Assembly: GCA_031372065.1 (NCBI GenBank)
Contig: JANMKN010000143.1
Location: 1-34,746, forward strand
DNA: 34,746 nucleotides
DNA from: Abditibacteriaceae bacterium
Lineage (GTDB): Bacteria; Armatimonadota; Abditibacteriia; Abditibacteriales; Abditibacteriaceae
Direction of reading: 5' to 3'
Every line of letters begins with the position of its first letter. Position 1 is the stretch's first letter. The position numbers and the translations under genes were made by a program. Under the pieces are notes generated by a model. The model was not told the DNA's origin, did no database searches, and worked only from the letters and a program-made list of their open reading frames with translations. Positions 1 through 9,849 of the stretch are shown in pieces.

Positions 1-568
1 GTTGCGACGTCGGATAACCTTTGTGCCGTGCGAAGCCATAATCGGGAAATTCCTTATCATATTCGCGCATTAAATTATCGCGCGTCACTTTGGCGATAAC
101 CGAGGCCGCTGCAATCGAAAGACTGCGCGCATCGCCTTTGACGAGCGCTTCATAAGGCCACGGCCCGGCATCGTAGGGCAAGCCATCAATTAGCACGAAA
201 TCGGGCACGTTTTTCAGCGCGGCCACGGCATTTTTCATAGCCAGCCACGAGGCTTGGCGGATATTAATTTCATCAATTGTGGCCGCGTCCACAATGCCAA
301 CGCCCCATTCTATTTCTGCTGTTAGTTCTTCATATAAAACTTCTCGCGTGGCTTCATCGAGTTGCTTGGAATCGTTGAGCAGATGGAAATGTGGCGAGGA
401 ATAATCAAAAGGAACAATTGCCGCGCCCGCCACAACCGGTCCGGCCAATGGCCCGCGTCCGGCTTCGTCGGCGCCCGCGATGCGTGCATAGCCGAGCAAT
501 GCTAATTCGCGTTCTCGTTCAAAATTTGGCGCGTGCGGCAAGACGAAGTTTTGTTTGGCGCGAGGCAT
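1..568 (-). CDS. rnhB: Ribonuclease HII (3' end runs off the window)
   Basis: Not in the ORF track. Manual translation from ATG at 568: MPRAKQNFVLPHAPNFERERELALLGYARIAGADEAGRGPLAGPVVAGA...LNDSKQL...VKGDARSLSIAAASVIAKVTRD...YGFARHKGYPT. These are the canonical RNase HII motifs. Confidence 0.95.
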   Translation of the reverse strand, partial: MPRAKQNFVLPHAPNFERERELALLGYARIAGADEAGRGPLAGPVVAGAAIVPFDYSSPHFHLLNDSKQLDEATREVLYEELTAEIEWGVGIVDAATIDEINIRQASWLAMKNAVAALKNVPDFVLIDGLPYDAGPWPYEALVKGDARSLSIAAASVIAKVTRDNLMREYDKEFPDYGFARHKGYPTSQ

Positions 569-577
569 AATTGGGTT

Positions 578-1096
578 TTAGTTTTGTAGCTGCTTTATTG
601 CACCTTGCTTGGAAACCCACAGATGAACAGGCTTTTGGGCAGTCGAATACTTTTTGCTGTCTGCTTCCAACGTGTGAAGATAATCGCAATAGACAAAACG
701 GTGATTTTTGTAAATTATTGAGAATTCTCGCTTGCGGTAAGAATAATCATATTGGACTTCGTTACCCATCTCTCCATGTTCCGGCAGCGAATCCGGCCCT
801 GACATTCCACCATACCTTCCATCAATCTGATAATTGCTGGCAATTAGCGTCGCTTCAGACCACGATACACCTTCAAAGGCTATCGAGAATTTCCGGCATA
901 AGATCGTTGCTGTGCCTTTTTGTGGCCAAAGGACGATGTTGCCGTCTTTTACGTCCTGCCCATCTATCCACATCCTTTTTTCTGAGATGGGCGAAAACTC
1001 CCTTTGATACCACTGAATGAACAGCAGTGAGGCAATGGGCATGGTGGACAGCAAAGTCAGGAAGAAAAAGGATTTTGCCGCTTTCACAGGTTGCAT
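578..1096 (-). CDS. Hypothetical protein with N-terminal membrane anchor
   Basis: 172-aa ORF co-oriented and tightly spaced between the DUF58 gene and rnhB. Hydrophobic N-terminus (FFFLTLLSTMPIASLLFI). Confidence 0.6.
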   Translation of the reverse strand: MQPVKAAKSFFFLTLLSTMPIASLLFIQWYQREFSPISEKRMWIDGQDVKDGNIVLWPQKGTATILCRKFSIAFEGVSWSEATLIASNYQIDGRYGGMSGPDSLPEHGEMGNEVQYDYSYRKREFSIIYKNHRFVYCDYLHTLEADSKKYSTAQKPVHLWVSKQGAIKQLQN

Positions 1097-1120
1097 TTTT
1101 CAAACAGATGTGCGTCTTTT

Positions 1121-1993
1121 TCAGCGCACCACGCCGGTGCCGCGCAGCAGGCGTGTGATGATGGTTTCTACAGGCGTGTCATTGGCGACGAGAAGATAAT
1201 TCATGCCATAGCGCAGGCAAAAAGTGCGCAGGCCGGAGGTGTAGTTGTCGAGATTGCGTTTGTAAGTGCGCAAAAGTGTATCTGTAACACTAACTTCCTT
1301 AAAAGTGCCGGTTTCGGCGTCCACGAGTTTCAAATCGCCGCGCACATCGGGTTCGAGTTCGTAGCGATCTAAAAGCTGAATGACCGTCACTTCAAAGCCG
1401 CGCGCCGCTAAGGTTTTCAGGCCGACATCGTAGCCGTCGGGATAAAGAAAATCGCTGATGACAAACACAATTCCGCTGCGGCGCGATTGCATGGCGAGGC
1501 GCTTGGCCGAAGCCGCTAAATCGGCGCTTCCTGCTGCTTCCTGCCTTTCGAGAAATTGAAACAAGCCGCCAATGCCGTTGCGTCCGCGCGTTGGCGGAAA
1601 CCACGCGCGAATACCTTTATCAAAAGTGGCGGCGCCGACGCGATCATAATTGGAAAGGCCGATATAACCCAGCGCCCCGGCGATTTCTGTGGCGGTTTTT
1701 AACTTGGCCGGATTGCCAAATTGCATGGAAAGGCTGGCATCAATCAGAATTGTGATGTCCAAATCTTCTTCTTCGAGAAACATTTTGAGAAACAATTTCT
1801 CGAAGCGCCCATAAGCGTTCCAATCAATGCGCCGCAGGTCGTCGCCCATGTTATAAGGCCGAAAATCGGCGAATTCAACAGAGGAACCGCGCTTGGTCGA
1901 GCGCTTCTCGCCCTTGGACGAGCCAGTAAAAGCGCGCTTAGCATACAACGAAAGCGCATCAAGTTTCTTGAGAAGGGCAGGTTGAAGAAGCAT
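1121..1993 (-). CDS. DUF58 domain protein (vWA-like, usually MoxR-associated)
   Basis: Motifs GSSVEFADFRPYNMGDDLRRIDWNAYGR, ILIDASLSM, VFVISDF. Confidence 0.93.
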   Translation of the reverse strand: MLLQPALLKKLDALSLYAKRAFTGSSKGEKRSTKRGSSVEFADFRPYNMGDDLRRIDWNAYGRFEKLFLKMFLEEEDLDITILIDASLSMQFGNPAKLKTATEIAGALGYIGLSNYDRVGAATFDKGIRAWFPPTRGRNGIGGLFQFLERQEAAGSADLAASAKRLAMQSRRSGIVFVISDFLYPDGYDVGLKTLAARGFEVTVIQLLDRYELEPDVRGDLKLVDAETGTFKEVSVTDTLLRTYKRNLDNYTSGLRTFCLRYGMNYLLVANDTPVETIITRLLRGTGVVR

Positions 1994-1999
1994 TTTTAT

Positions 2000-2055
2000 G
2001 AATGGAACACGGAGCCTTCGGCTTCACGGAAACGGCACGGGTTTTCACTGTTTAA
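2000..2055. repeat. Left arm of inverted repeat flanking the GxxExxY gene
   Basis: gaatggaacacggagccttcggcttcacggaaacggcacgggttttcactgtttaa matches the reverse complement of 2457-2512 at 54/56 positions. Confidence 0.95.
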
Positions 2056-2449
2056 CGGCAGGGTTAGAAGGTTTGCGGAAATTGTCGAAAATCTTCCGTT
2101 TGGTTTCTGGTTCAGACCCGAAATTAAGCAGCAGGCCAACTTCTATACTGGTCGCTTTTAGATAATTGACAAGTTGCGCAGAATGAGCTTCGTTGAGTGC
2201 CTCTACAGCTTTTATCTCAACGATTACACATTTTTCGACAAGCAAATCCGCAAAATATTCTCCGTCCACAATTCCATTGTAGTAGACATTGATTGGTATT
2301 TGCTGCTCAACATGAAAGCCTCGTTCGCGCAGTTCGCAAGCCAAAGCGTTTTCATAAACTTTTTCTAAAAAACCATGCCCTAAGCGGTTATAAACCGCGT
2401 AAAACGCCTGAACTATTTCTCCTGAGGTTTCTCCATGCTTAAACATCAT
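2045..2449 (-). CDS. GxxExxY protein (PD-(D/E)XK nuclease superfamily)
   Basis: LGHGFLEKVYENAL, ADLLVEKCVIVEIKAV, HSAQLVNYLKAT, GLLLNFG. Confidence 0.95.
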   Translation of the reverse strand: MMFKHGETSGEIVQAFYAVYNRLGHGFLEKVYENALACELRERGFHVEQQIPINVYYNGIVDGEYFADLLVEKCVIVEIKAVEALNEAHSAQLVNYLKATSIEVGLLLNFGSEPETKRKIFDNFRKPSNPAVKQ

Positions 2450-2456
2450 CTTCTCC

Positions 2457-2512
2457 TTAAACAGTGAAAATCCGTGCCGTTTCCGTGAAGCCGAAGGCTC
2501 CGTGTTCTATTC
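2457..2512. repeat. Right arm of inverted repeat flanking the GxxExxY gene
   Basis: ttaaacagtgaaaatccgtgccgtttccgtgaagccgaaggctccgtgttctattc; contains the TAG stop of the upstream gene. Confidence 0.95.
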
Positions 2513-3454
2513 CGCTTTTTGGTATAAATCAAACGCTTCGTTGAAGGACATTTTTTGGTCAAGGACAGCGCGCAGGGCGCGGACGATGGCGCGGGGGTTA
2601 TCGTCGTCGAAAATAGTGCGGCCAAACAGCGCGGCGCGGCCTCCATTTGTCACAACGGCGTGCGCGAGTTCCAACGTTTTGCGCGTGTTTTGGCGCGGGC
2701 CACCCAGCGCGCCGATAATCAGAGTCGGGTCGAACTGACAAAGTTCGCGCCATGTTTCGGCGGTGGTGAATTCGGTTTTAATGAAGCGCGGGCGCTCTTT
2801 TTTCTTGAGATAACTCAGCGTGCGCACAATCGAATCGGCGACGTATTGGCCGCGTTTTTCGCGGTCAAGGCCCGGCAAATTGGTGTTGGGCAGGAAAACT
2901 TCGAGAAAATAATCGAATTCGGGATGCTCACCGGCGCTGCGCGCGAAATCCAAATACGCCGATAACGTGCGCGCATCGGCCCCCGTGTCGTTGTTGAGCG
3001 TAATCGAATACAGGCCGATTTTAACGTGACATTCGAGGCCGCCGCCGCGCAGTTCGCAATAAGCGGCTTCGGGCGCGGCGTTGAGCGGCACGGTTTGAAA
3101 AGGCTGCGAAATTTGCCGGTTGTAATTGCCGTGGCGCGGACTCCAAATCCATGTTTCGGCGTTGAGACGCACCATCGGCGTGACCGGCGTTTTTTGAAAC
3201 AAGCCTTCGTCAACAGCCAAAGTTTCAGCATCGGCGGGCGTTAATAAACAGCCGTCAATAAAGCCATCGGCGGTTAAATCGCGGCACAATTGGAGAAATT
3301 CGGCTTGGCGTCGCGGGCGAAATTGGCCGTTGTCGCGCACGCGGCCCAAACCGCGCAGGCCTCCGGCGACCAAAGCATCACCGGCGAAGACCAAAATCGG
3401 CGATTGATGCAGTTTTTCCGGCTCTGAAAGTTTGTCGAAAACAAGATTTCCCAT
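2507..3454 (-). CDS. Aldolase-like TIM-barrel protein of unknown substrate
   Basis: Class I aldolase-like features: YFLEVF, PRFIKTEF (candidate Schiff-base Lys), IIGALGG, GGRAALFGRTIF. Start placed at ATG 3454 (MGNLVF); the ORF track extends to 3523. Confidence 0.6.
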   Translation of the reverse strand: MGNLVFDKLSEPEKLHQSPILVFAGDALVAGGLRGLGRVRDNGQFRPRRQAEFLQLCRDLTADGFIDGCLLTPADAETLAVDEGLFQKTPVTPMVRLNAETWIWSPRHGNYNRQISQPFQTVPLNAAPEAAYCELRGGGLECHVKIGLYSITLNNDTGADARTLSAYLDFARSAGEHPEFDYFLEVFLPNTNLPGLDREKRGQYVADSIVRTLSYLKKKERPRFIKTEFTTAETWRELCQFDPTLIIGALGGPRQNTRKTLELAHAVVTNGGRAALFGRTIFDDDNPRAIVRALRAVLDQKMSFNEAFDLYQKAE

Positions 3455-3606
3455 GCGCCCTTGAGTATGATGGATTTTGTGCGCGCAAACATGGACGCCG
3501 CGCCACAAATGGCGAAAACTCACATTTCATAGAACGTGAATTCCGCAAACGAACGACAATTTTCGCAATTTGCGTTCTATGAAATGTGAAGAGTTACAGG
3601 AATAAT

Positions 3607-4566
3607 ATGAAAGCAATTCGCGTTGAAAAATTTGGTGGGCCGGAAGTTTTGCAGTTGGTGGAAGTTGAAAAGCCAATTGTCGGGCCGCATCAAGTTCTTA
3701 TTGAGGTGCGCGCGATTGGCGTCAATCCGGTGGAAACCTACATTCGTTCCGGCAATTACGGCAATATGATGACGCCGCCTTACACGCCGGGCAGCGATGT
3801 GGCGGGCGAAGTGATTGAAGTCGGCGCCGAAATTACCGATTTGAAAATCGGCGACCGCGTTTATACGTGGAATCCCGGCGGCGCTTATGCCGAGCAGATG
3901 CTTTGCGAGCGCAAAGGCGTTTTTGCCTTGCCGGATAACGCCTCTTTTGAGCAAGGCGCGGCGCTGGGCGTGCCTTATGCCACGGCGCATCGCGCTTTAT
4001 TCGGGCGCGGCGGCGCGCGGGCGGGCGAAAGCGTTTTAATTCACGGCGCCAGCGGCGGTGTTGGCATCGCTTGTGTGCAGTTGGCGCGGGCTTTTGGCCT
4101 GACGGTTATCGGCACGGCGGGGACGGAAGAAGGGCGCCGTTTGGTCAGTGAACAAGGCGCGCATCAGATTCTTGATCACACAGCGGACAATTATTTGATG
4201 GCGGTTTCTGAGATAACGGGCGGGCGCGGCGTTGATTTAATCATCGAAATGCTGGCGAATGTGAATTTGCAGAGCGATTTAGAAGTTTTGGCGCAATATG
4301 GCCGTGTGGTTATTGTCGGCAATCGCGGTGAAATTACCATCAATCCGCGCGAAACGATGAAGCGTGATGCCGATATTCGTGGCATGACATTATTTAACGT
4401 GCCGCCGCATGAAGTGCCGGGCATTCATGCGGCATTGCGGGCCGGATTGGAAAACGGATCGCTCAATCCCATTATCGGAAGGCGTTTTTCGCTTGGTGAA
4501 GCAGCGTTGGCGCATGAGGAAATCATGAAATCCGGTTCTTGGGGTAAAATTATTTTAGTTCCGTAA
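3607..4566 (+). CDS. qor: NADPH:quinone oxidoreductase (MDR, zeta-crystallin-like)
   Basis: MKAIRVEKFGGPEVL, GVNPVETY, PGSDVAG, VLIHGASGGVG, GKIIL. ATG 3607 follows an AGGA RBS. Confidence 0.92.
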   Translation: MKAIRVEKFGGPEVLQLVEVEKPIVGPHQVLIEVRAIGVNPVETYIRSGNYGNMMTPPYTPGSDVAGEVIEVGAEITDLKIGDRVYTWNPGGAYAEQMLCERKGVFALPDNASFEQGAALGVPYATAHRALFGRGGARAGESVLIHGASGGVGIACVQLARAFGLTVIGTAGTEEGRRLVSEQGAHQILDHTADNYLMAVSEITGGRGVDLIIEMLANVNLQSDLEVLAQYGRVVIVGNRGEITINPRETMKRDADIRGMTLFNVPPHEVPGIHAALRAGLENGSLNPIIGRRFSLGEAALAHEEIMKSGSWGKIILVP

Positions 4567-4580
4567 AACTGATCCTGCTT

Positions 4581-6044
4581 ATGTCCAATCCTTTGGTGGC
4601 TGCGCAATCTTTAGATACAAGTCCCGAATTTGTAGCCGCGTTGTTGGATGCCTCGGCCAATTTAATTCTGGTTTTGGATAATGCTGGCGTAATTGTGCGT
4701 TTTAACCGCGCTTGCGAAGAAGCGACTGGCTATCGGGCTGCCGAAGTTTTAGGGCGTTCGTTATTTGATACTTTTTTGCGTCCTGAAGACCGTGAGATCA
4801 AGCGAGACGTGTTTGGCGCCATGTGTGGCAATCCGGCGCAGGCCATGCAGAGGAACGAAGCTGAAGTCATTTGGCTGGATAAAAACGGTGCGGAATTATG
4901 TGTCGAATGGAACTACACGGCTTTGGGCGATGACCACTGTGTGCGCTATATTGTGAGCGTTGGCACTGAAGTCACTCGTCAACGCCGCATTGAAAAAGCC
5001 TTGCGAGAAAGCGAAGAACGTTATGCGTTGGCTTTGCAGGGCGCCAACGATGGAATCTGGGACTGGAATTTAGAAACGGATGAGGTTTATTTTTCGCCGC
5101 GTTGGAAAGCCATGTTGGGTTACCACGATGCCGAAATCGGGTCTTCGGTTGAAGAGTGGTTAAAACGTGTGCATCCGGCGGATTTGCAAGGCCTGCAAGC
5201 GGCCATTCAATGCCATGTGGAGGGAAAAACGCCTCATTTGGAGTGCGAATATCGGATTTTGCACAAAGATGATACCTACCGATGGATGCTGGCGCGCGGT
5301 TTGGCAATTCGCGATGAAAGCGGCCAGCCGCATCGTATGGCCGGTTCACAAACCGACATGACCGAGCGCAAAATTGCCGAGCAGCAATTGTTGCATGATG
5401 TGTTTCACGATGCTTTGACTGGTTTGCCCAATCGCGTGGTGTTTTTAGAACGCGTTGAGCAAATGATTGCCCGCGCCGAGCGGCGCGACAGCTATCGTTT
5501 TGCTGTTTTATTTCTTGATTTGAACAACTTTAAAACCGTAAACGACACATTAGGGCATCCGATTGGTGATCAATTATTAAAAGCCGTGGCTTTGCGATTG
5601 AAGCGTTGCCTGCGCCGCGATGATACTATAGCGCGTGAGGCTCCACATGAACCATTGCTACCTATGGGCAGGATAGAAATTATTTCTGGCGAGCGCCCCA
5701 AACCTCTATCGGCCAATCTCACTGATATGGTGGCTCGTCTGGGCGGCGACGAGTTCACGGTAGTGCTGGAAGAAGTTGCTGATGTGGATGAAGCCCGGCA
5801 GGTTGCCCAGCGTATTGACGAAGAATTGGGCCGCCCCTTTAATCTCAACGGACAAATCGTCCACGCAGGCGTCAGTATTGGCATTGTGCTGTCATCTGCG
5901 TTGCATAAGACACCGGATGATTTGGTGACACAGGCAGATGCAGCTATGTATGAGGCCAAAGAAAAAGCGCGCATTAGTGGTCAAAGTCAGGTCTGTGTTT
6001 TTGAAGCAGACATCACAAAAATTTGTAACACTAAAGTTCGGTAG
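4581..6044 (+). CDS. PAS-PAS/PAC-GGDEF diguanylate cyclase
   Basis: Two PAS domains (FNRACEEATGY; NDGIWDWNL...YFSPRWKAMLGY), HDALTGLPNR, FLDLNNFKTVNDTLGH, ARLGGDEF, ADAAMYEAK. No EAL domain. Confidence 0.93.
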   Translation: MSNPLVAAQSLDTSPEFVAALLDASANLILVLDNAGVIVRFNRACEEATGYRAAEVLGRSLFDTFLRPEDREIKRDVFGAMCGNPAQAMQRNEAEVIWLDKNGAELCVEWNYTALGDDHCVRYIVSVGTEVTRQRRIEKALRESEERYALALQGANDGIWDWNLETDEVYFSPRWKAMLGYHDAEIGSSVEEWLKRVHPADLQGLQAAIQCHVEGKTPHLECEYRILHKDDTYRWMLARGLAIRDESGQPHRMAGSQTDMTERKIAEQQLLHDVFHDALTGLPNRVVFLERVEQMIARAERRDSYRFAVLFLDLNNFKTVNDTLGHPIGDQLLKAVALRLKRCLRRDDTIAREAPHEPLLPMGRIEIISGERPKPLSANLTDMVARLGGDEFTVVLEEVADVDEARQVAQRIDEELGRPFNLNGQIVHAGVSIGIVLSSALHKTPDDLVTQADAAMYEAKEKARISGQSQVCVFEADITKICNTKVR

Positions 6045-6288
6045 GCCCACAAGTGGCTGATGATTAGCGAGTTGTGCTGACGAAAAACGGACGACATTGA
6101 CTTTTTTCTATTCTATTCACCGCACTAACTACATTCGTTACCGGTAATCGCAGAATGCCTTGAGTAAATGGAATTTAAGAACGCAAAAAACACTCCTTGG
6201 CGGCAAAGTTGCAGATTTCTGGCACAGTATGGGGCCACTTCCTTGTAATACGGTGAGCCATCTGTGATTTTTTAAAAGATTTAAAGCT

Positions 6289-9200
6289 ATGCTGGAGAAT
6301 TTATTTCAATCCCTTCGCTCTCAGACATCGCCTTCGCCTAAATCCGTGGATGACGTTGCCACACTGGGCACCAGCATTGCCGCGCGCTTGCTGAATGTGC
6401 CACTTGTGATTTTGGTTCAGGCCACAGGCGGAGCAGATACAGCGATTTGGCTGGGACAGGGCGCGAATCGTATCCAGCGTATTCCACCAATGCTGCTTCA
6501 AACGCTGGGCGAATCACAAGGATTTACACCTTTTGTTGTGCGCGATTCGCGCAACGTGGGACGCTGGCAAGTTCATCCTCTGTCGGGCGCAGTTGCGAAT
6601 ATAAGCTTGGCCGAGGACTACGCCGACGAAGTTTGTTTCGCGGCAGCGGCTCCCCTTCGCACGCGCAAGGAAAACCCAAGCACAGGATCAAAAGGTGGAA
6701 TTCAATCCATAGGCGCTTTGTTGGTTTTAGATATTAAACCGCGCCCCGAATGGAATGATGAACAAACCGCGCTGCTTTGTGATTTAGCTGATTTGCTTTC
6801 GCAAGTAGCGGTTCCCATTGCTCCTATTGTTTCCGAGGTTGCCAAAGGTGCTTCGCCTCTTTTGCCGCAAAGTGTGCCGGATGATGCTTTGGCCCGCGCC
6901 AGCGATGAACTGCGCGCCGAAGTCGCCGAACGGCAGCGCACCGAAGAAGCCTTGCGCGATTCGGAGCGATTATTTCGCTCCGTTGTGCAAAGCGCCTCGG
7001 ATGCTATTGTGCTTTGCGATGGCAACGCGCGCATTGTAGCGTGGAATAAGGGCGCCACGCGAATGTTTGGCTTTTCGGAAGAAGCGGTGATGGGACGCCC
7101 TTTGTGGGATTTATTATCGCGCTCGGCGGGTGGGCGGCGCGTCGAATTGGAACGATTGTGCCGTGATGAAGTGCGTCGCTTAAATGCGGCGCGGGACGGC
7201 GAATCGGCGCGTTATGCCGAACAAACGGGCGTATTGGCGCCGTTCGAATCGTTGGGGCGGCGGGCGACTGGTGGCGAATTTCCTGTCGAGTTGTTGCTTA
7301 ATCCGTGGCAGGGCGAACAAAACCTTTATATCAATGCCGTCATTCGCGATGTCTCAGCGCGCCAGCAGGCAGAGAGCCTGCGTTCACTCAGCCATGCCGT
7401 TTCGCGCATTTTAGCCGAAGCGCCGACTTTGGATGAAGCCGGACATAGCATTTTGCGCGTGATAGGCGAAAGTCGCAGTTGGAGTATGGGTGGTTTATGG
7501 CTGATTCATCGTGCCACGGCGTGGACGCCCAACACGCCGAATACACCCGCCGGGCCTGTGTTGCGCATGACACAAGTGTGGACTCAAAGCGGCACGGATT
7601 TTCGGGAAATTGATACCATCCGCCGCCAAAGTGCTTATGCATGCGGCGTAGGATTGCCCGGACGTGTATGGGCAGCAGGCGAGCCGTTTTGGATTGAAGA
7701 CCTGTCTCGTGATCCGCATACGCCGCGCGCCTCGGCGCTAACGCGTGCCGGTTTTCGCACCGCGATGGGCTTTCCCATCCGCTTTGGACACGAAATTTTA
7801 GGCGTGATTGATCTTTATTCGCACGAAGTATTGTCGTCCGACAGCAACTTGATGGAAATGGTGTCGGCGTTTGGCAATCAAATCGGGCATTTCATCGCGC
7901 GTAAGAAAGTGGAGCAGGAAATTCGCGCTCGCGCCCGCCAACAAGCTACTGTAGCACGTTTGGGGCAACGCGCTTTGTCGCGGGCCGGTTTGGAGAATTT
8001 GCTCAACGAAGCGGTGGCTTTGGTCAGTAACACATTAGCCATCGAAGGCTGCTCAATTTTAGAATTGATGCCCGATGGCATGGTTTTTCGCGCGCGGGCG
8101 GGCGTTGGCAGCAAGCCGGGCGTTTTAGGTGAAATTGGCATCGCCGCCGACGATTCGACACAAGCCGGTTGGACTTTGTTAGCCGGAACGCCTGTGGTGG
8201 TCGGCGATTATCGCACCGAAAATCGCTTTGCCACTTCGCCTGTGCTGGAAGCCAATGGTGCGGTCAGCGGCGTCAGCGTGGTGATTCCATGTAACGACAA
8301 ACCATTTGGTGTCTTAATGGCACATGCCACGCATGAGCGCGTTTTCGCCGAGGATGATGTGCATTTTTTGGAGGCCGTGGCGAACGTGGTGGCGGCGGCT
8401 TCGGAGCGTGAACAAAGCGAATTGGCCCTAAAAAGGGCGCATTCTGCCGAAGCAACAGCCCGTTTGGAAGCCGAGAAAGCGCAGCAGGATGCCGAAACTG
8501 CGCGCATTGAGGCAGTGCGCGCCAATAAAGCCAAGAGCCAATTTCTCTCGCGCATGAGTCATGAACTGCGCACGCCGTTGAACGCCATTTTAGGATTTTG
8601 TCAGCTTCTGGAGATGGAAGAACTTTCTGCTGATCAGGAAGAATTCGTCCATCAAATCGGGCAAGGTGGCAGTCATCTCTTGAAATTGATCAACGAAGTG
8701 CTGCAAATTGCGCGCATTGAAGCAGGACATTTGAGTTTAAATTTTGAATCGTTTTCCATTGGCCCCACAGTGCGCGAAGCTATGGAATTAATCAAGCCCT
8801 TGGCAGCCCAACGCGGCATTACTATGCATTTAGTGGATAGCACGGAATGGAATCGCGATGTGCGCGCGGATCGGGGCCGCGTGCATGAGATTTTGTTGAA
8901 TTTTCTCTCCAATGCGGTGAAATACAACAACAAAGATGGGCAAATCCGCGTATCGTGTGCGCCCGGCAACGAGGGATATTTGCGTTTGAGCGTTGCCGAC
9001 ACCGGTCCGGGCATCGCGCCGGAAAAGGTGGCCCGCTTGTTTCAGCCTTTCGAGCGGTTGGATGCTGATTCGACAACTATCGAAGGCTCTGGTTTGGGAT
9101 TGGTGTTGGTGCGCAATATCGCCGAAGCCATGAGCGGGCAGGTTAGTGTTCATAGCGAGGTCGGCAAAGGAAGTGTTTTTTGGGCAGAACTGCCGCTGTC

Positions 9201-9648
9201 TTCCCCAGCGAATGAGGCACATTTGAAGGAAAGCGGGTCAGGTTCAGCCCAACTTTCAGCATTGGCGACCCTTGTGGGAACGGTTTTGTCCATTGAAGAC
9301 GATGCCACCAGCAGCCAATTAATTGAGCGTGTTTTGGCGCATCATCCGCAAATTGAGTTATTATCAGCAGGGGGCGCTGAGGAAGGCTTAAATCTGGCCC
9401 GCCGCACTGGGCCGGATGTCATTTTGCTTGATTTGGCATTGCCAGATAAAGATGGTTTTGAAGTATTGGCAGCGTTGCGCAAGGATGCAGGACTGCGTTT
9501 GGTGCCAGTAATCATTGTTTCTGCTGATGCTACCGAACCGGCTCGTGAAAAAGCTTTGTCGCTGGGTGCCTATGCCTATGTTACCAAGCCCCTTGATGTC
9601 AGCTTGTTGCTTCAAGTATTGTCGGAAGCGCTCCCCCCGGCACGTTAA
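6289..9648 (+). CDS. Hybrid sensor histidine kinase (degenerate GAF-PAS-GAF-GAF-HisKA-HATPase-REC)
   Basis: H-box SRMSHELRTPLNAILG, N-box NFLSNAVKYN, G1 DTGPGI, G2 GSGLGL, C-terminal receiver PDVILLDLALP...YVTKP. Confidence 0.93.
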   Translation: MLENLFQSLRSQTSPSPKSVDDVATLGTSIAARLLNVPLVILVQATGGADTAIWLGQGANRIQRIPPMLLQTLGESQGFTPFVVRDSRNVGRWQVHPLSGAVANISLAEDYADEVCFAAAAPLRTRKENPSTGSKGGIQSIGALLVLDIKPRPEWNDEQTALLCDLADLLSQVAVPIAPIVSEVAKGASPLLPQSVPDDALARASDELRAEVAERQRTEEALRDSERLFRSVVQSASDAIVLCDGNARIVAWNKGATRMFGFSEEAVMGRPLWDLLSRSAGGRRVELERLCRDEVRRLNAARDGESARYAEQTGVLAPFESLGRRATGGEFPVELLLNPWQGEQNLYINAVIRDVSARQQAESLRSLSHAVSRILAEAPTLDEAGHSILRVIGESRSWSMGGLWLIHRATAWTPNTPNTPAGPVLRMTQVWTQSGTDFREIDTIRRQSAYACGVGLPGRVWAAGEPFWIEDLSRDPHTPRASALTRAGFRTAMGFPIRFGHEILGVIDLYSHEVLSSDSNLMEMVSAFGNQIGHFIARKKVEQEIRARARQQATVARLGQRALSRAGLENLLNEAVALVSNTLAIEGCSILELMPDGMVFRARAGVGSKPGVLGEIGIAADDSTQAGWTLLAGTPVVVGDYRTENRFATSPVLEANGAVSGVSVVIPCNDKPFGVLMAHATHERVFAEDDVHFLEAVANVVAAASEREQSELALKRAHSAEATARLEAEKAQQDAETARIEAVRANKAKSQFLSRMSHELRTPLNAILGFCQLLEMEELSADQEEFVHQIGQGGSHLLKLINEVLQIARIEAGHLSLNFESFSIGPTVREAMELIKPLAAQRGITMHLVDSTEWNRDVRADRGRVHEILLNFLSNAVKYNNKDGQIRVSCAPGNEGYLRLSVADTGPGIAPEKVARLFQPFERLDADSTTIEGSGLGLVLVRNIAEAMSGQVSVHSEVGKGSVFWAELPLSSPANEAHLKESGSGSAQLSALATLVGTVLSIEDDATSSQLIERVLAHHPQIELLSAGGAEEGLNLARRTGPDVILLDLALPDKDGFEVLAALRKDAGLRLVPVIIVSADATEPAREKALSLGAYAYVTKPLDVSLLLQVLSEALPPAR

Positions 9649-9817
9649 CCGCCACGCCACATTGAAGTTCCCCCAAACTACTTGCAGGATTTTTCTGTTG
9701 ACATGGGCCGAGATCGTTTTTCCGCGTTAAACTTGGCCTATCTTTAATTTGAGCCAGAAAAGATAGTTAGAAATGTTGAAATTGGTGATTATTTCCGCAT
9801 TCCTAAAGTTTTTCTCT

Positions 9818-9826
9818 TGATATAAT
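9818..9826 (+). promoter_or_regulatory. Extended -10 promoter (TGnTATAAT)
   Basis: tgatataat lies just upstream of the AAAGGA RBS and ATG 9850. Confidence 0.55.
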
Positions 9827-9849
9827 GGCGTGTGAAAGGATTTAGGTCT

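Noticed and set aside
571..1020. 149-aa plus-strand ORF
   Set aside because: Antisense shadow of the 578-1096 gene, which fits the minus-strand operon; no recognisable motifs.
1121..1993. DUF58 gene without adjacent MoxR/vWA partners
   Set aside because: Partners may be elsewhere in the genome; not informative from this window.
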